In this document: one piece after another, positions 38,237-49,078 of the stretch
Position numbering within the stretch: position 1 is the stretch's first letter
How the letters are laid out: the number at the start of each line of letters is the position of its first letter
Assembly: GCA_902523455.1 (NCBI GenBank)
Contig: CABYZG010000003.1
Location: forward strand, 1,625 to 65,624
Direction: 5' to 3'
DNA from: an uncultured Pelagibacteraceae bacterium
GTDB lineage: Bacteria > Pseudomonadota > Alphaproteobacteria > Pelagibacterales > AG-422-B15
Length of the DNA: 64,000 nucleotides
The notes under the pieces: generated by a model
Databases searched by the model: none
Seen by the model: the letters and a program-made list of their open reading frames with translations, nothing else
What the model was told of the DNA's origin: nothing
Position numbers and translations under genes: made by a program

Positions 38237-38928
38237 TACACCTTTTCCCACTTAATTCTTTTTTCCGACTTACGTTCTAAGGCTTGACCAGTTGTAATGA
38301 AGTGAATGTCTTCAGCAATATTTTGAACATAATCTCCTATTCTCTCTATGTTTTTAGCAATCGACAATAAGTGTGAACAGCCTGTAATTGTATCTGGGTC
38401 TTCTGCCATCGTCTTAAGAAGATCCCTGTAAATTGATAAATACAATTCATCAATATCGCCGTCTAAATCCCAAGCATTAATTGCTAGCGTATCTGATTTT
38501 TGAACGAAGGCATCTAAAACATTTTTTATCATTCTTTGAACGTTCTCACCCATATTGACAATTTCTGAAACCGGCGTGTCGGGCATATTTATTTTTACAT
38601 TTGCAACTCTTTTAGCAATATTGGTAGCGTGATCACCCATTCTCTCGAGATCGTTTGCAATGCTTAGTGCCGAAAGTACGGTTCTTAAATCATTAGCAAG
38701 CGGTTGCCTCATTGCAATTATTTTGTATGTTAAAGCATCAATTTCCTTTTCTAAGGCATCTATTTTATTATCATCTCTTAAAATTTCTTCTGCAAAAGCA
38801 GTATCTTTATCACCCAAAGCAACAAGAGAATTGTGAAGCTGTGTTTCAACCAATCCTCCCATTTTAATTAATGTACTATTTATTAAATCTAATTGCTCAT
38901 CATAAGATGAAACTATGTGTTCACTCAT
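38236..38928 (-). CDS. phoU: Phosphate signalling protein PhoU
   Basis: RQPLANDLR, LERMGDHA, IERIGDY. Confidence 0.95.
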   Translation of the reverse strand: MSEHIVSSYDEQLDLINSTLIKMGGLVETQLHNSLVALGDKDTAFAEEILRDDNKIDALEKEIDALTYKIIAMRQPLANDLRTVLSALSIANDLERMGDHATNIAKRVANVKINMPDTPVSEIVNMGENVQRMIKNVLDAFVQKSDTLAINAWDLDGDIDELYLSIYRDLLKTMAEDPDTITGCSHLLSIAKNIERIGDYVQNIAEDIHFITTGQALERKSEKRIKWEKV

Positions 38929-39689
38929 TAACCAAACCTCCCTGTTATATAATCTTGCGTTCTCTGATCTGATGGATTTGAAAAGATTGTTTCAGTCTTA
39001 TCAACTTCAACTAATTTACCTAAATGAAAAAAACCTGTCCTTGATGAAACTCTAGCGGCTTGTTGCATCGAGTGTGTAACAATAATTATTGTATATTCTG
39101 TTTTAAGATCTCCCATTAATTCTTCAATTCTAGCCGTAGCAATTGGGTCTAAAGCTGAACAAGGCTCATCCATTAGAATAATATCTGGATTTACGGATAT
39201 AGCTCTTGCAATACACAATCTTTGTTGCTGTCCACCCGAGAGGCCTGTTCCCGCATCGTATAATCTATCTTTAACCTCATCAAAGAGAGCCGCTTTTTTT
39301 AGACTGGTAACAACAATTTCTTCTAAATCAGATTTATGTTCTGCTATTCCATGTATTCTTGGACCATAAGCTACATTTTCAAAAATAGATTTTGGAAAGG
39401 GGTTCGGCTTTTGAAAAACCATGCCCACCCGTTCTCTTAGTTGTTCAACTTGCATGTCTGGTGCATAAATATCGTTGCCATCGATTTCTATTTTTCCTTG
39501 TACTTTGCATATATCAATAACATCGTTCATTCTATTTAAGCATCTAATAAAGGTTGATTTACCACAACCTGATGGACCTATTAAAGCAGTGACTTGTTTT
39601 TCTTCCATGTACATGGAAACATCGAAGAGTGCCTGTTTCTCTCCATAATAAACATTCAAGTTATCTGCTTTTATTTTTATACTTTTCAT
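38928..39689 (-). CDS. pstB: Phosphate ABC transporter ATPase
   Basis: [39 protein letters not shown]. Confidence 0.97.
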   Translation of the reverse strand: MKSIKIKADNLNVYYGEKQALFDVSMYMEEKQVTALIGPSGCGKSTFIRCLNRMNDVIDICKVQGKIEIDGNDIYAPDMQVEQLRERVGMVFQKPNPFPKSIFENVAYGPRIHGIAEHKSDLEEIVVTSLKKAALFDEVKDRLYDAGTGLSGGQQQRLCIARAISVNPDIILMDEPCSALDPIATARIEELMGDLKTEYTIIIVTHSMQQAARVSSRTGFFHLGKLVEVDKTETIFSNPSDQRTQDYITGRFG

Positions 39690-39697
39690 ATTCTATT

Positions 39698-40981
39698 TTA
39701 CCATTTTGTTTCAAATTTTCTTCTAATTAATACTGCAGCTAAATTCATTAAAATTAAAAATCCAAGTAACATCATAATTGTAGCTGAAGTTTTTTCAACA
39801 TAACCTCTTTCTGCGCTTTCTGACCATAAATAAACCTGAACTGGCAAAGAGGCAGAAGCATCCAGCGGTGTTTGTGGAACATCTACAACAAATGCCACCA
39901 TACCAATTAATAATAATGGCGCAGTTTCTCCAAGTGCTTGAGCAAGGCCTATAATTGTACCTGTTAATGCACCAGGCATTGCTACAGGAACTACATGATG
40001 CATTACTGCTTGCATTTTGGTTGCTCCGACTGCTAATGCTCCTTCTCTTATTGATGGTGGCACCGCCCTTAATGAGGCTCTAGTTGCAATAATTATTGTT
40101 GGTAGGGTCATTAAAGATAAGACTATGCCTCCAACCAGCGGTGTTGACCTTGGCAATCCAAATGTATTTAAAATAATACCAAGCCCCAATAAGCCAAATA
40201 CAATAGAAGGTACCGCTGCTAAATTATTAATATTAATTTCAATAAAATCGGTAACTCTATTTTTTGGTGCAAATTCCTCAAGATAAATAGCTGCAAAAAT
40301 TCCAATAGGAAAAGACAAAATCAAAACTACCAAAATTGTGAATAAAGAACCTACTATTGAACCTCCTACTCCTGCCAGTTCAGGTTCTCGGCTGTCACCC
40401 CTCATTAAAAATGGTAGATTGAATTCATAGCTGACAAGTCCCCTATCTACAAGGTCATCAAAAAATAAAAGTTGAATATCTTTAATTCTTCTTTTGTCTT
40501 CATCTAAGTCCCTTGGGTAGTTTCCTTTATTAACCTGATCTACATCGTCGGAGGCAGTTAAATATATTGTTTCTGTTTCATTTATATTTGACTTATTCGA
40601 TTTTAAAAATTCTCTTATTTCTTGCTCAAATTCAATACTGAATAATCGTATCAACATTTTCTTATCTTTTTTCTCTTCAATATCTGGGAAAAGTCCATAA
40701 ATAGCCTTTTTGGAAAAAGAATACATTGACAGGTTGTTAATATCCTCTGAACTCATTTCAGAAAATTGTGTCGTGTCTTCAATAAGATTTAAAAAAGGTA
40801 CATCTACCTGGATAACAGTTCTATAAAATGCTGAATAGCCAGATGAAAATATATTTAGAAATAAAATAAGCACCCATGCAAGCGCAAAGCTCATTGCACC
40901 AATACAATAAATCCTAAATCTTTTCTCTGAATTTAGCCTTTTATTTAAACTATTTATTCTTTGTTCTATTCTATCAGTCAT
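39698..40981 (-). CDS. pstA: Phosphate ABC transporter permease
   Basis: NLAAVPSIVFG, AQALGETAPLL. Confidence 0.95.
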   Translation of the reverse strand: MTDRIEQRINSLNKRLNSEKRFRIYCIGAMSFALAWVLILFLNIFSSGYSAFYRTVIQVDVPFLNLIEDTTQFSEMSSEDINNLSMYSFSKKAIYGLFPDIEEKKDKKMLIRLFSIEFEQEIREFLKSNKSNINETETIYLTASDDVDQVNKGNYPRDLDEDKRRIKDIQLLFFDDLVDRGLVSYEFNLPFLMRGDSREPELAGVGGSIVGSLFTILVVLILSFPIGIFAAIYLEEFAPKNRVTDFIEININNLAAVPSIVFGLLGLGIILNTFGLPRSTPLVGGIVLSLMTLPTIIIATRASLRAVPPSIREGALAVGATKMQAVMHHVVPVAMPGALTGTIIGLAQALGETAPLLLIGMVAFVVDVPQTPLDASASLPVQVYLWSESAERGYVEKTSATIMMLLGFLILMNLAAVLIRRKFETKW

Positions 40982-42365
40982 ATCTCTCCGTATATTTTTT
41001 TACGACCTGTAAAGCTATAAAATTTAGAGCCAATGTAACAACGAACAAGGTTAAACCCAAAGCAAAAGCTGACTGTGTTTTTGGGCTATCAAATTCTTGA
41101 TCACCGATTAAAATAACAACAATCTGAGTAGTAATTGTAGTTGCCGCATCAAGCGGATTAGCTGTTAATTTTGCATTTAATCCTGCAGCCATAACAACAA
41201 TCATTGTCTCCCCAATCGCTCTTGAGACAGCTAATAAAAAAGAACCTACAATACCTGGCAACGCAGCTGGCAATAATACTTTAACAATTGTTTCCCTTTT
41301 GGTTGCTCCCATGGCATAAGAGCCTTCTCTTAAACTTTGAGGTACAGATTTTATTACATCATCAGAAAGTGATGAAATAAATGGTATTATCATTATTCCC
41401 ATAACAAATCCCGCAGCTAGAGCGCTTTCAGAAGAAACAGTTAGTCCAGCACCCTGACCGATATCTCTCACTAAAGGTGCAACAGTTAACGCTGCAAAAA
41501 ATCCGTATACAACCGTTGGGATACCAGCAAGAATTTCAATAATTGGCTTCGCCCAATCTCTGACTTTTGGAGAAGCGTATTCAGACATATAAATGGCTGT
41601 GAGTAAACCAACTGGGACTGAGACACACATTGCAATTAATGCAATAAGAAATGTTCCAGCAAATAATGGAACAGCGCCAAATGCATTGGCCAAGTCTCTT
41701 GTATCAAGATCTCCAGCTTCTCTTACAAAAACTCTTTGAGGACTCCAATTTAATCCAAATAAAAAATCGGTTATTGGAACTTGAGAAAAAAAACGCAACG
41801 TTTCATATAATAAAGAAAAAATTATTCCAACAGTGGTCATTATAGCGACAAGTGAGCATGTAAAATACAAGACTAGTAAAAATTTCTCGACAATCTTTCT
41901 AGAATTAAGTTTGTTATTAATATTGAATAATGAGTAAAGAACCAGTAAACCTGACAACCCAAGAACTGTAACATAAGTTAAGTTTTCACTCGTCTTATTA
42001 ATATAATTTAATTTATTTACGGCGCCATCTATAAGAATAGTATTTTCATCAAAAAGTTTTATGCCCATTGCAGTGTTTTCGATTTGGGTAAATAATAAAC
42101 TTAGTTCTGTTTCTGTATAACTGCCAAGTGCTATGAAATCACTTAATACATATTGCTCAATAAAAAATGATTTAAACGAGGTAATCATCAACAGTATCAA
42201 CAGCGCCGGCACAACAGCCCATAGAGCTACGTAGTACCCATAATAATGACTAAGTGATTTAAGATTTTTTTGATTTGAAGTCCTAAGATTTTTTGCTCTT
42301 AAATTTCCTAGAAAATAGCTGGTGATACCAATTAGAATAATTAAAGAAATTAATATAAATCCCAT
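40974..42365 (-). CDS. pstC: Phosphate ABC transporter permease
   Basis: EILAGIPTVVYG, SRAIGETMIV. Confidence 0.95.
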   Translation of the reverse strand: MGFILISLIILIGITSYFLGNLRAKNLRTSNQKNLKSLSHYYGYYVALWAVVPALLILLMITSFKSFFIEQYVLSDFIALGSYTETELSLLFTQIENTAMGIKLFDENTILIDGAVNKLNYINKTSENLTYVTVLGLSGLLVLYSLFNINNKLNSRKIVEKFLLVLYFTCSLVAIMTTVGIIFSLLYETLRFFSQVPITDFLFGLNWSPQRVFVREAGDLDTRDLANAFGAVPLFAGTFLIALIAMCVSVPVGLLTAIYMSEYASPKVRDWAKPIIEILAGIPTVVYGFFAALTVAPLVRDIGQGAGLTVSSESALAAGFVMGIMIIPFISSLSDDVIKSVPQSLREGSYAMGATKRETIVKVLLPAALPGIVGSFLLAVSRAIGETMIVVMAAGLNAKLTANPLDAATTITTQIVVILIGDQEFDSPKTQSAFALGLTLFVVTLALNFIALQVVKKYTERYD

Positions 42366-42387
42366 GCTTCACCATAATGCTTATTCA

Positions 42388-42420
42388 ACAACTGAGACAA
42401 GCATAACTTGCCTCAGTTGT
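42388..42420 (-). other. Intercistronic stem-loop between pstS and pstC
   Basis: On the minus strand ACAACTGAGGCAAG-TTATG-CTTGTCTCAGTTGT, 14 bp with one G-U. Confidence 0.65.
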
Positions 42421-42436
42421 GGATTAATCAAGTCTT

Positions 42437-43510
42437 TTAGTCTAGATCGAGTGTTTCTAAGTTAGCAACTCTTGATCTTATATCAGATGCATCACCATCA
42501 GATAATGCAACTAAACCGATATCAGTTAGATATCCATCTTCGCCCATTGCATCAGGGCTTGTGAAAGCTTCAAGAAACTCTTCAATTCCTGGCACAACAC
42601 CTACGTGAGCTTTTTTCACGTAAAACTGTAATGGTCGTGCAATTGGGTAAGAATAATCCTGGATACCGGCAAGCGTTGGCTGAATTCCAGTGATCGAAGC
42701 AGATTTAATTTTATCTTCGTTAGCTAAAAGATAGCTGTAACCAAAGTAACCAAATCTTTCTGGATCCTCTGATAATTTTTGAACTATTAAAGTATCGTTT
42801 TCACCAGCTTCAATAACTCTTCCATCTTCTCGCACTACTGCACATTTTTTCTTTGCCTTTTCACCGGCATTTTCCCAAAGTGTGTATGCGCCTGCTGCTT
42901 TGCAACCTTTTTTCATAATAAGTGAATTCCAAGCATCTCTTGTACCAGATGTCGGCGGTGCAACTAGGATTTCAATTTTATGATCAGGTAATGAAGCATC
43001 AATGTCAGACCATTTTTCATATGGGTTATCAATTAAATTTCCAGCAATGACTTTACCCTCGCCATCTTTTGCAACATTAGCGGGTACTTTTTCTGCAATT
43101 GCTAAAAATAAATGCTCTTGCGTAAAGTCTGCATCGGCAGCATCTAAGCTATGAGCAAGCGTCAAGCCGTCATTACCAATTGTAATTTCAATTATATCAG
43201 TAACGCCATTTTTAGCGCATAATGCCTTTTCTTTACTTTTAATTTTACGAGACGCATTGGTAATATCGGGGTGATCGGTACCAACTCCAGCACAGAATAA
43301 TTTCATTCCACCGCCCGTACCAGTACTCTCAATCACTGGTGTATTAAATCCAGTCTTACCAAATCTCTCAGCAACTACGGTTGCATAAGGGTATACAGTC
43401 GACGAACCAACGATTTTTATAGTATCTCTAGCTTGAGAACTGAATGTAAAAATTGATGAAGCGAAAACTGCAATAATCATTATTTTGATTAATCTCATTA
43501 TTTTCTCCAT
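42437..43510 (-). CDS. pstS: Phosphate ABC transporter substrate-binding protein
   Basis: GSSTVYP, STGTGGG, ITNASR, PPTSGTRD, YPIARPL. Confidence 0.95.
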   Translation of the reverse strand: MEKIMRLIKIMIIAVFASSIFTFSSQARDTIKIVGSSTVYPYATVVAERFGKTGFNTPVIESTGTGGGMKLFCAGVGTDHPDITNASRKIKSKEKALCAKNGVTDIIEITIGNDGLTLAHSLDAADADFTQEHLFLAIAEKVPANVAKDGEGKVIAGNLIDNPYEKWSDIDASLPDHKIEILVAPPTSGTRDAWNSLIMKKGCKAAGAYTLWENAGEKAKKKCAVVREDGRVIEAGENDTLIVQKLSEDPERFGYFGYSYLLANEDKIKSASITGIQPTLAGIQDYSYPIARPLQFYVKKAHVGVVPGIEEFLEAFTSPDAMGEDGYLTDIGLVALSDGDASDIRSRVANLETLDLD

Positions 43511-43546
43511 TAAGGTTTAGAATCATCAATAAATTATTTTGACTTG

Positions 43547-43586
43547 GTTACATGTTTATAACAGTTTTATTACAGTTTTATGAATG
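43547..43586 (-). promoter_or_regulatory. Four-unit Pho box upstream of pstS
   Basis: Minus strand CATTCAT-AAAA-CTGTAAT-AAAA-CTGTTAT-AAAC-ATGTAAC, then 10 nt and TAATTT (-10). Confidence 0.85.
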
Positions 43587-43591
43587 TCAGT

Positions 43592-44314
43592 TTATTGTTG
43601 ATAGTTTAAATAACTGTTTTTATTAAGATATTTAAAGGGAAGATAAATTAATGTGAATATAATAACTGTTAACACAGCCAAATAAGGAATGTGCATTGGA
43701 GGAGATGGAAATATATCTAAAAGTGTGTTCGCGGCAGGCGTTATCATTAAATACCAATAATTTACACCTTTAAAGAATTGAGAAATATAAATATTTAGTC
43801 CATAAATTATAGGTAATAAACAAACGGCAAACAAAAGAACTCGTAAAACTGACCACCAGGTTAATTGAACCTTCGTACATACACAGGCATATATTACACC
43901 AAGCAGTAATAAACCATGACCGAAATAATAAGTAATATACTCTGCATCAGGAAATGAGAAATCCAAATCTGGTGTAATGATTGCAAGGAAATTTCCACTT
44001 AATCCAAAAAAATAACCCACTTCGAAAAAAAATTTAATCTTTGTATACACATATAATCCTATTGATATTGCAGCTATATGGCAAATGTGCAATGGCAATA
44101 CTTCGTAAATAGAATGATCATAAAATATCACTCGATAAAATGGCTTTATTATCTCATGAGAAATTAATATAAAACCAATTAACAAAAAAATTGATCTAGT
44201 TACATTTTTATTATTTATAAATCGAACAAAGAAAGGAAATAAAATTGAAATAGTCACAATTGTGAAAATTGTTGCCAAATGATGATAACCAAACAAAACA
44301 AATTGAGTCGCCAT
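43592..44314 (-). CDS. YwaF/TIGR02206 family membrane protein
   Basis: LPLHICH, AIITPDL, YYFGHG, NYWYL, P...TLLD. Confidence 0.85.
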   Translation of the reverse strand: MATQFVLFGYHHLATIFTIVTISILFPFFVRFINNKNVTRSIFLLIGFILISHEIIKPFYRVIFYDHSIYEVLPLHICHIAAISIGLYVYTKIKFFFEVGYFFGLSGNFLAIITPDLDFSFPDAEYITYYFGHGLLLLGVIYACVCTKVQLTWWSVLRVLLFAVCLLPIIYGLNIYISQFFKGVNYWYLMITPAANTLLDIFPSPPMHIPYLAVLTVIIFTLIYLPFKYLNKNSYLNYQQ

Positions 44315-44354
44315 ATCTTATTTTAACCAAGATTTGTTAAACTATTATTGCACC

Positions 44355-45449
44355 TTATGAAATGGGTGCAATAGGCAATTCTACTGAAAATGTACTGCCT
44401 TGATTTATTTCACTTTTTATATCTAAATGTCCTCTGTGCTTATTTAAAATATGTTTAACTATGGTTAACCCTAAACCCGTTCCACCGATTTCTTTTGATC
44501 TTGCTGCATCTACACGGTAAAAACGTTCAGTTAATCTTGCTAGATGTTTAGGATGAATGCCTTCGCTTTCATCTTTAACGCTGATTTTTGATACAAGTTG
44601 TGGAAACAGTTTTTTATTATCACTATAATCAGTTTGCTTTTTGATTTTTTCTGCCAATATATCTATTGAGCTGTTTAGTTTTCCATATTTAATCGAATTA
44701 TCTATAATATTTGTAAAGACCTGCACCAACTCATCTTCATTTCCCAATACAAATAAACCCTCACTAAGTTGATGGTTGACTCTTATTTTAATATTCTTTG
44801 TCAATGCGTATTCTTTAAGACTTTCAGCCACATTATCTATTGTTTTCAATAAATTAACTTTTTTGGTTGGATGAATATGCTCATCAGACTCTATTTTAGA
44901 TACGACAATTAAATCATCTATCAGTCTTTTCATGCGAATTGTTTCTTTATCCATAATACCAAGAAACTTAGACATAGATTTTTGATCATCTTTTGCTGGA
45001 CCTCTTATAGTCTCCAAAAAACCCATGATTGTAGCAAGAGGTGTTTTTAGCTCATGACTTACGTTTGCAATGAAAGAAGAGCGTACTCTTTCAATATTTT
45101 TTAAAGGAGTTATATTTTTCATGAGAATAACATAATTGTCTCTTGTGTTAGTTAATTGGAGATGATTTTTCTCATAACTAATCTCCACATTGTAAAAATT
45201 TGTTGATCTAGGTGATAAACTTCCGTACTCACTATTATATTCAATTATTTCTGTTTCTTTATTTTTATATACATTTTCTAATGCCTCTAAAACTATTGGG
45301 CTTCTAATTAAGTTTGTTATATTTTGACCAGTATAATTATTTTCAAATAAATCTATTGAATGGGAATTTTGAAAAACAATTTTTTGATCGGAATCAAGAA
45401 CGATTATTGCATCTTCTAGCTTATTAAGAATAAAACTGATATTTTCCAT
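44355..45449 (-). CDS. phoR: Phosphate regulon sensor kinase lacking TM anchor
   Basis: PAS-like N-terminus, ANVSHELKTPL, NIIDNSIKYG, ERFYRVDAARS..GGTGLGL. Confidence 0.9.
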   Translation of the reverse strand: MENISFILNKLEDAIIVLDSDQKIVFQNSHSIDLFENNYTGQNITNLIRSPIVLEALENVYKNKETEIIEYNSEYGSLSPRSTNFYNVEISYEKNHLQLTNTRDNYVILMKNITPLKNIERVRSSFIANVSHELKTPLATIMGFLETIRGPAKDDQKSMSKFLGIMDKETIRMKRLIDDLIVVSKIESDEHIHPTKKVNLLKTIDNVAESLKEYALTKNIKIRVNHQLSEGLFVLGNEDELVQVFTNIIDNSIKYGKLNSSIDILAEKIKKQTDYSDNKKLFPQLVSKISVKDESEGIHPKHLARLTERFYRVDAARSKEIGGTGLGLTIVKHILNKHRGHLDIKSEINQGSTFSVELPIAPIS

Positions 45450-45452
45450 TGA

Positions 45453-46946
45453 TTAAACAAATATAATTTTTTGTGATAATTTTTTGTGCTTTGAAAGCAT
45501 TAAAATAAATTTATTAAATCTACTGTTTAAAAGTTCTGAATAGTTTTTTGGGATAGAAAATATCAAATTTGAATCTTTTACATAAATACTGATATTGCTG
45601 TAATTAAAATTAGATAATTTTCCAATTTCATATACAATTCTTAAGAATAATCCAAGCTCAATACTGCTTAATAATTTATTTTTATTTATAATTTTTCTAT
45701 AATCTTTTATCTCATTTAGATCTATTCCATTGTGAAAAACATAAATAACAGTAGCGAGTGTAACTCTGTCAGAATGGCTAAACTTTAATATTTCTGATTT
45801 TAATATTTGTTTAAATACAAACAATCCCCTCTCGTCACGAGCTATACTGTCTCCCGTTGATAAATAACTTATAGAGGACACTCTTATTCTTTTATTTAAA
45901 TAGGATTTTCTTTTAAAAAAATTATTTGTGAATAATTTAATATTCTCATAATTTACGGTGCTAGGATTTAATTCGTTAGAAATTGCAGCAACTTTTAATG
46001 ATTGATATTCAAGCGGATCGCTATTTGAGCTTAAGTTTATTTTATGAGAAATATAGCCTTCTCTGATAGCTGTGTATGAAATAACTACTTGCCTAGCAGA
46101 GGCCTTATTTATTATTTCCAACGCGACCTTGGCTGCGTATCGTATAAATGGTGTTTTATCTTTTGTAATTAATGAATATTGTAGCAAGTCCTTTTTTTTA
46201 AAATTTGAAACTTCTTCAAGCATCGATACAAAGTTATCAAAATCAGGTTTGAAATGATGAATGACTTTGAGAGGATAGCTGTACTTATCAAAATATAATT
46301 TAACTAAAGCTCTCCACGTACCGCCCGTAAGGATTACCCTTTTAAACTTATTTTCATTAAGCCATTCAGTATTTTGTAGAGAGTTTTTGAATTTTTCTAT
46401 TATTTTTTTATTTTTAGTTTTTGCTCTGTGAACACCTAGTGGCAAGGACAATGTATTCATTATTTCTTTCTTTTTAACTTCTGCGAGTTCTAAGCTGCCA
46501 CCGCCGAGATCGGCAACGAGACCACTTGATTTTTTTAGACCAACAATACATCCCATGGCAGAAAACTTTGCTTCTTCATTACCATTTAATACATGTATTT
46601 TCTTTTTAAAAATATTTTCTACATCAGCAATAAATGCCTCTCTATTTTTAGCAACACGGACAGCTTCTGTTGCAAATATTTCATAATTTTTAATATTTGA
46701 TGAGTCTATCAATTCCTTTATATAATAGAACGCATTCATTGCTTTTTTTATGGAGTCTTTATTAAGCTTATTGTTTTTAATTAGATCTTTACCTAGCCCA
46801 CATGAAATTTTTTTGTTAAAAATAGCTATCTGATTAAACCTAAAGTTTTCAAAAATTTGAAAACGAACTGTGTCAGAGCCAATATCAATTATTGCAATGC
46901 GTTCGTCTTTAAAAAATAATTTTTTTTTGGGAATTAAATTATTCAT
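45453..46946 (-). CDS. ppx: Exopolyphosphatase Ppx/GppA family
   Basis: IDIGSDTVR, FATEAVR, EEAKF, DLGGGSLE, GGTWR. Confidence 0.9.
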   Translation of the reverse strand: MNNLIPKKKLFFKDERIAIIDIGSDTVRFQIFENFRFNQIAIFNKKISCGLGKDLIKNNKLNKDSIKKAMNAFYYIKELIDSSNIKNYEIFATEAVRVAKNREAFIADVENIFKKKIHVLNGNEEAKFSAMGCIVGLKKSSGLVADLGGGSLELAEVKKKEIMNTLSLPLGVHRAKTKNKKIIEKFKNSLQNTEWLNENKFKRVILTGGTWRALVKLYFDKYSYPLKVIHHFKPDFDNFVSMLEEVSNFKKKDLLQYSLITKDKTPFIRYAAKVALEIINKASARQVVISYTAIREGYISHKINLSSNSDPLEYQSLKVAAISNELNPSTVNYENIKLFTNNFFKRKSYLNKRIRVSSISYLSTGDSIARDERGLFVFKQILKSEILKFSHSDRVTLATVIYVFHNGIDLNEIKDYRKIINKNKLLSSIELGLFLRIVYEIGKLSNFNYSNISIYVKDSNLIFSIPKNYSELLNSRFNKFILMLSKHKKLSQKIIFV

Positions 46947-49068
46947 AATGCATCAGAGAGAGTAGTTTCTTAGGCTTTCTATTTCCTTTTAATTTTCCTC
47001 TACCTGACAAACTTGGATTTGACATGAAGTATTTATGTGCATTAAACGTCTTACCTTTTTGTTTAACTCTTTTGTATGTGCCATCATCGTTCATTATCCA
47101 CGTTTGCTCATTATCTAGGAAATTGGCAACCATTATTTGATTCAATATTTGCTCATGGACAGTGGAGTTCTTTATGGGGGTTAATATTTCAACTCTTCTA
47201 TCCAGATTTCTAGGCATAAGATCAGCTGATCCAATTAAAACGGTGTTGTTTTTTGATGGTATATTAGATTCGTTTGCAAAACAGAAGATTCTAGCATGCT
47301 CTAAATACCGGCCAATGATACTTTTAACAACAATATTTTCAGAAAGTTTTTTAACTCCTGGTCTTAAGCAGCAAATTCCTCTAATGAACAATTCAATTTT
47401 TACTCCCGCTGCAGAAGCCTCATAAAGCTTGGAGATCATTTGAGGGTCAACCAAAGAGTTCATTTTAAGCCAGATACCAGATGGTTTACTTTTCTTTGCA
47501 TTTTTAATTTCATTATCAATCATTGCATTAATTTGATTTCGCATTGCGGGTGGAGAGAGCACTATATCATTTAATTTCATTGGAGAAGCATACCCAGTCA
47601 TGTAATTAAAGATTCTTTCAATATCTTTGCAGATTTTTTCATCTGCTGTAAATAATGACAGGTCTTCATAAGTTTTAGCGTTTTTTGGATGATAGTTTCC
47701 TGTGCCAACATGTACATAGCTTTTTAATTTGCCTGCTTCTCTTCTGATAATTAGGCTTGCCTTTGCGTGCGTCTTCAATTGAGCAAAACCGTATACAATT
47801 TGAACTCCTGATTTCTCCATTTGATTGGCAAGAGCTAAATTAGATTCCTCATCAAATCTTGCTTTTATCTCAACAACAGCTGTAACACTCTTACCGTTAT
47901 CTGCTGCTTTTGTAAGGGCTTTTATAATTGGACTATCAGCAGTAGTTCTGTAAATCGTTTGTTTAATTGCTACTACTTTTGGATCTATAGCGGCCTGATT
48001 TAAATAATCAACAACGACATCAAAAGTTTCATATGGATGATGAACAACAAAATCTTTTGATCTGATGGCTGCAAAACAATTATTATCAAATTGCTTTAAC
48101 CTTTCAACAGGTCTTGAAATAAATTTTTTAAATTTTAATTTTGGTCTATTTAAATTATGAATCTGCGATAAATCTTGTAAACCAACATGCTTTGATAGAG
48201 CAATGACTTGCGCATCTTTAAGATTCAAATTTTTTTTTAAAAAGTTTTTCTTTTTAGATGATATATTTTTTAAAATTTCTAGCCTTACTATTTCCCCTCT
48301 TTTTCTTTTTGTTAATGCCTTTTCAAAGTATTTAATAACATCTTCATCGTCTTCATATTCGTAATCGATATCACTGTCTCTTATAACCCTGAATATAGCA
48401 CTATCCAACAATTTAGAATTTGGGAATAGATCTTTAAAAAAATATCTAATAATATCTTCAACAAATAAATAGTATTCTTTTTTACCCTCTTGAATAAACA
48501 CAAGTCTGTTTAATGCTCGCGGAACAATGATTACCGAATTAAACGGTTTATTTGAACCTCCTGCAACTAAACTCAATGAAATACACAATCCTTCATTTGG
48601 AATAAATGGAAATGGATGCACTGGGTCAATTGAAATTGGCGTTAATATAGGTAGTATTTCTTTATTAAAAAGTTTTTTTAGATTTTTTCTCAATCTTATA
48701 TTTAATTTATTAGGCGTAATATGAATTATTTTTTCTGTATTTAATTCTCTAACAAGTTTTCTTAAAGTAGCGTCCTGATCCTTAAATATTTTTGCAGATG
48801 CATTTTGTGCTGCTTTTAATTGTTGATGTCCAGTCATGCCGTCATGGCTTATTTTGTTTGGATTATTTTCTATTTCATCAAAAAGGCTTGGTATTCTAAC
48901 CATATAAAATTCGTCCAGATTACTTGCAGAAATTGAGAGAAAATTAACTCTTTCGATTATCGGCACTTTAATATTATTAGCCTCATCTAAAACTCTTTGG
49001 TTAAAAAGAAGCCATGATAGTTCTCGGTTTAAGAACTTATTGTCTGAATATGTTTTTTTTCTTATCAT
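46939..49068 (-). CDS. ppk1: Polyphosphate kinase 1
   Basis: NRELSWL, HHPYETF, KARFDEE, KTHAK, GTGNY, YLEHAR, SADLMPRN. Confidence 0.96.
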   Translation of the reverse strand: MIRKKTYSDNKFLNRELSWLLFNQRVLDEANNIKVPIIERVNFLSISASNLDEFYMVRIPSLFDEIENNPNKISHDGMTGHQQLKAAQNASAKIFKDQDATLRKLVRELNTEKIIHITPNKLNIRLRKNLKKLFNKEILPILTPISIDPVHPFPFIPNEGLCISLSLVAGGSNKPFNSVIIVPRALNRLVFIQEGKKEYYLFVEDIIRYFFKDLFPNSKLLDSAIFRVIRDSDIDYEYEDDEDVIKYFEKALTKRKRGEIVRLEILKNISSKKKNFLKKNLNLKDAQVIALSKHVGLQDLSQIHNLNRPKLKFKKFISRPVERLKQFDNNCFAAIRSKDFVVHHPYETFDVVVDYLNQAAIDPKVVAIKQTIYRTTADSPIIKALTKAADNGKSVTAVVEIKARFDEESNLALANQMEKSGVQIVYGFAQLKTHAKASLIIRREAGKLKSYVHVGTGNYHPKNAKTYEDLSLFTADEKICKDIERIFNYMTGYASPMKLNDIVLSPPAMRNQINAMIDNEIKNAKKSKPSGIWLKMNSLVDPQMISKLYEASAAGVKIELFIRGICCLRPGVKKLSENIVVKSIIGRYLEHARIFCFANESNIPSKNNTVLIGSADLMPRNLDRRVEILTPIKNSTVHEQILNQIMVANFLDNEQTWIMNDDGTYKRVKQKGKTFNAHKYFMSNPSLSGRGKLKGNRKPKKLLSLMHYE

Positions 49069-49078
49069 TATTAGAGTG

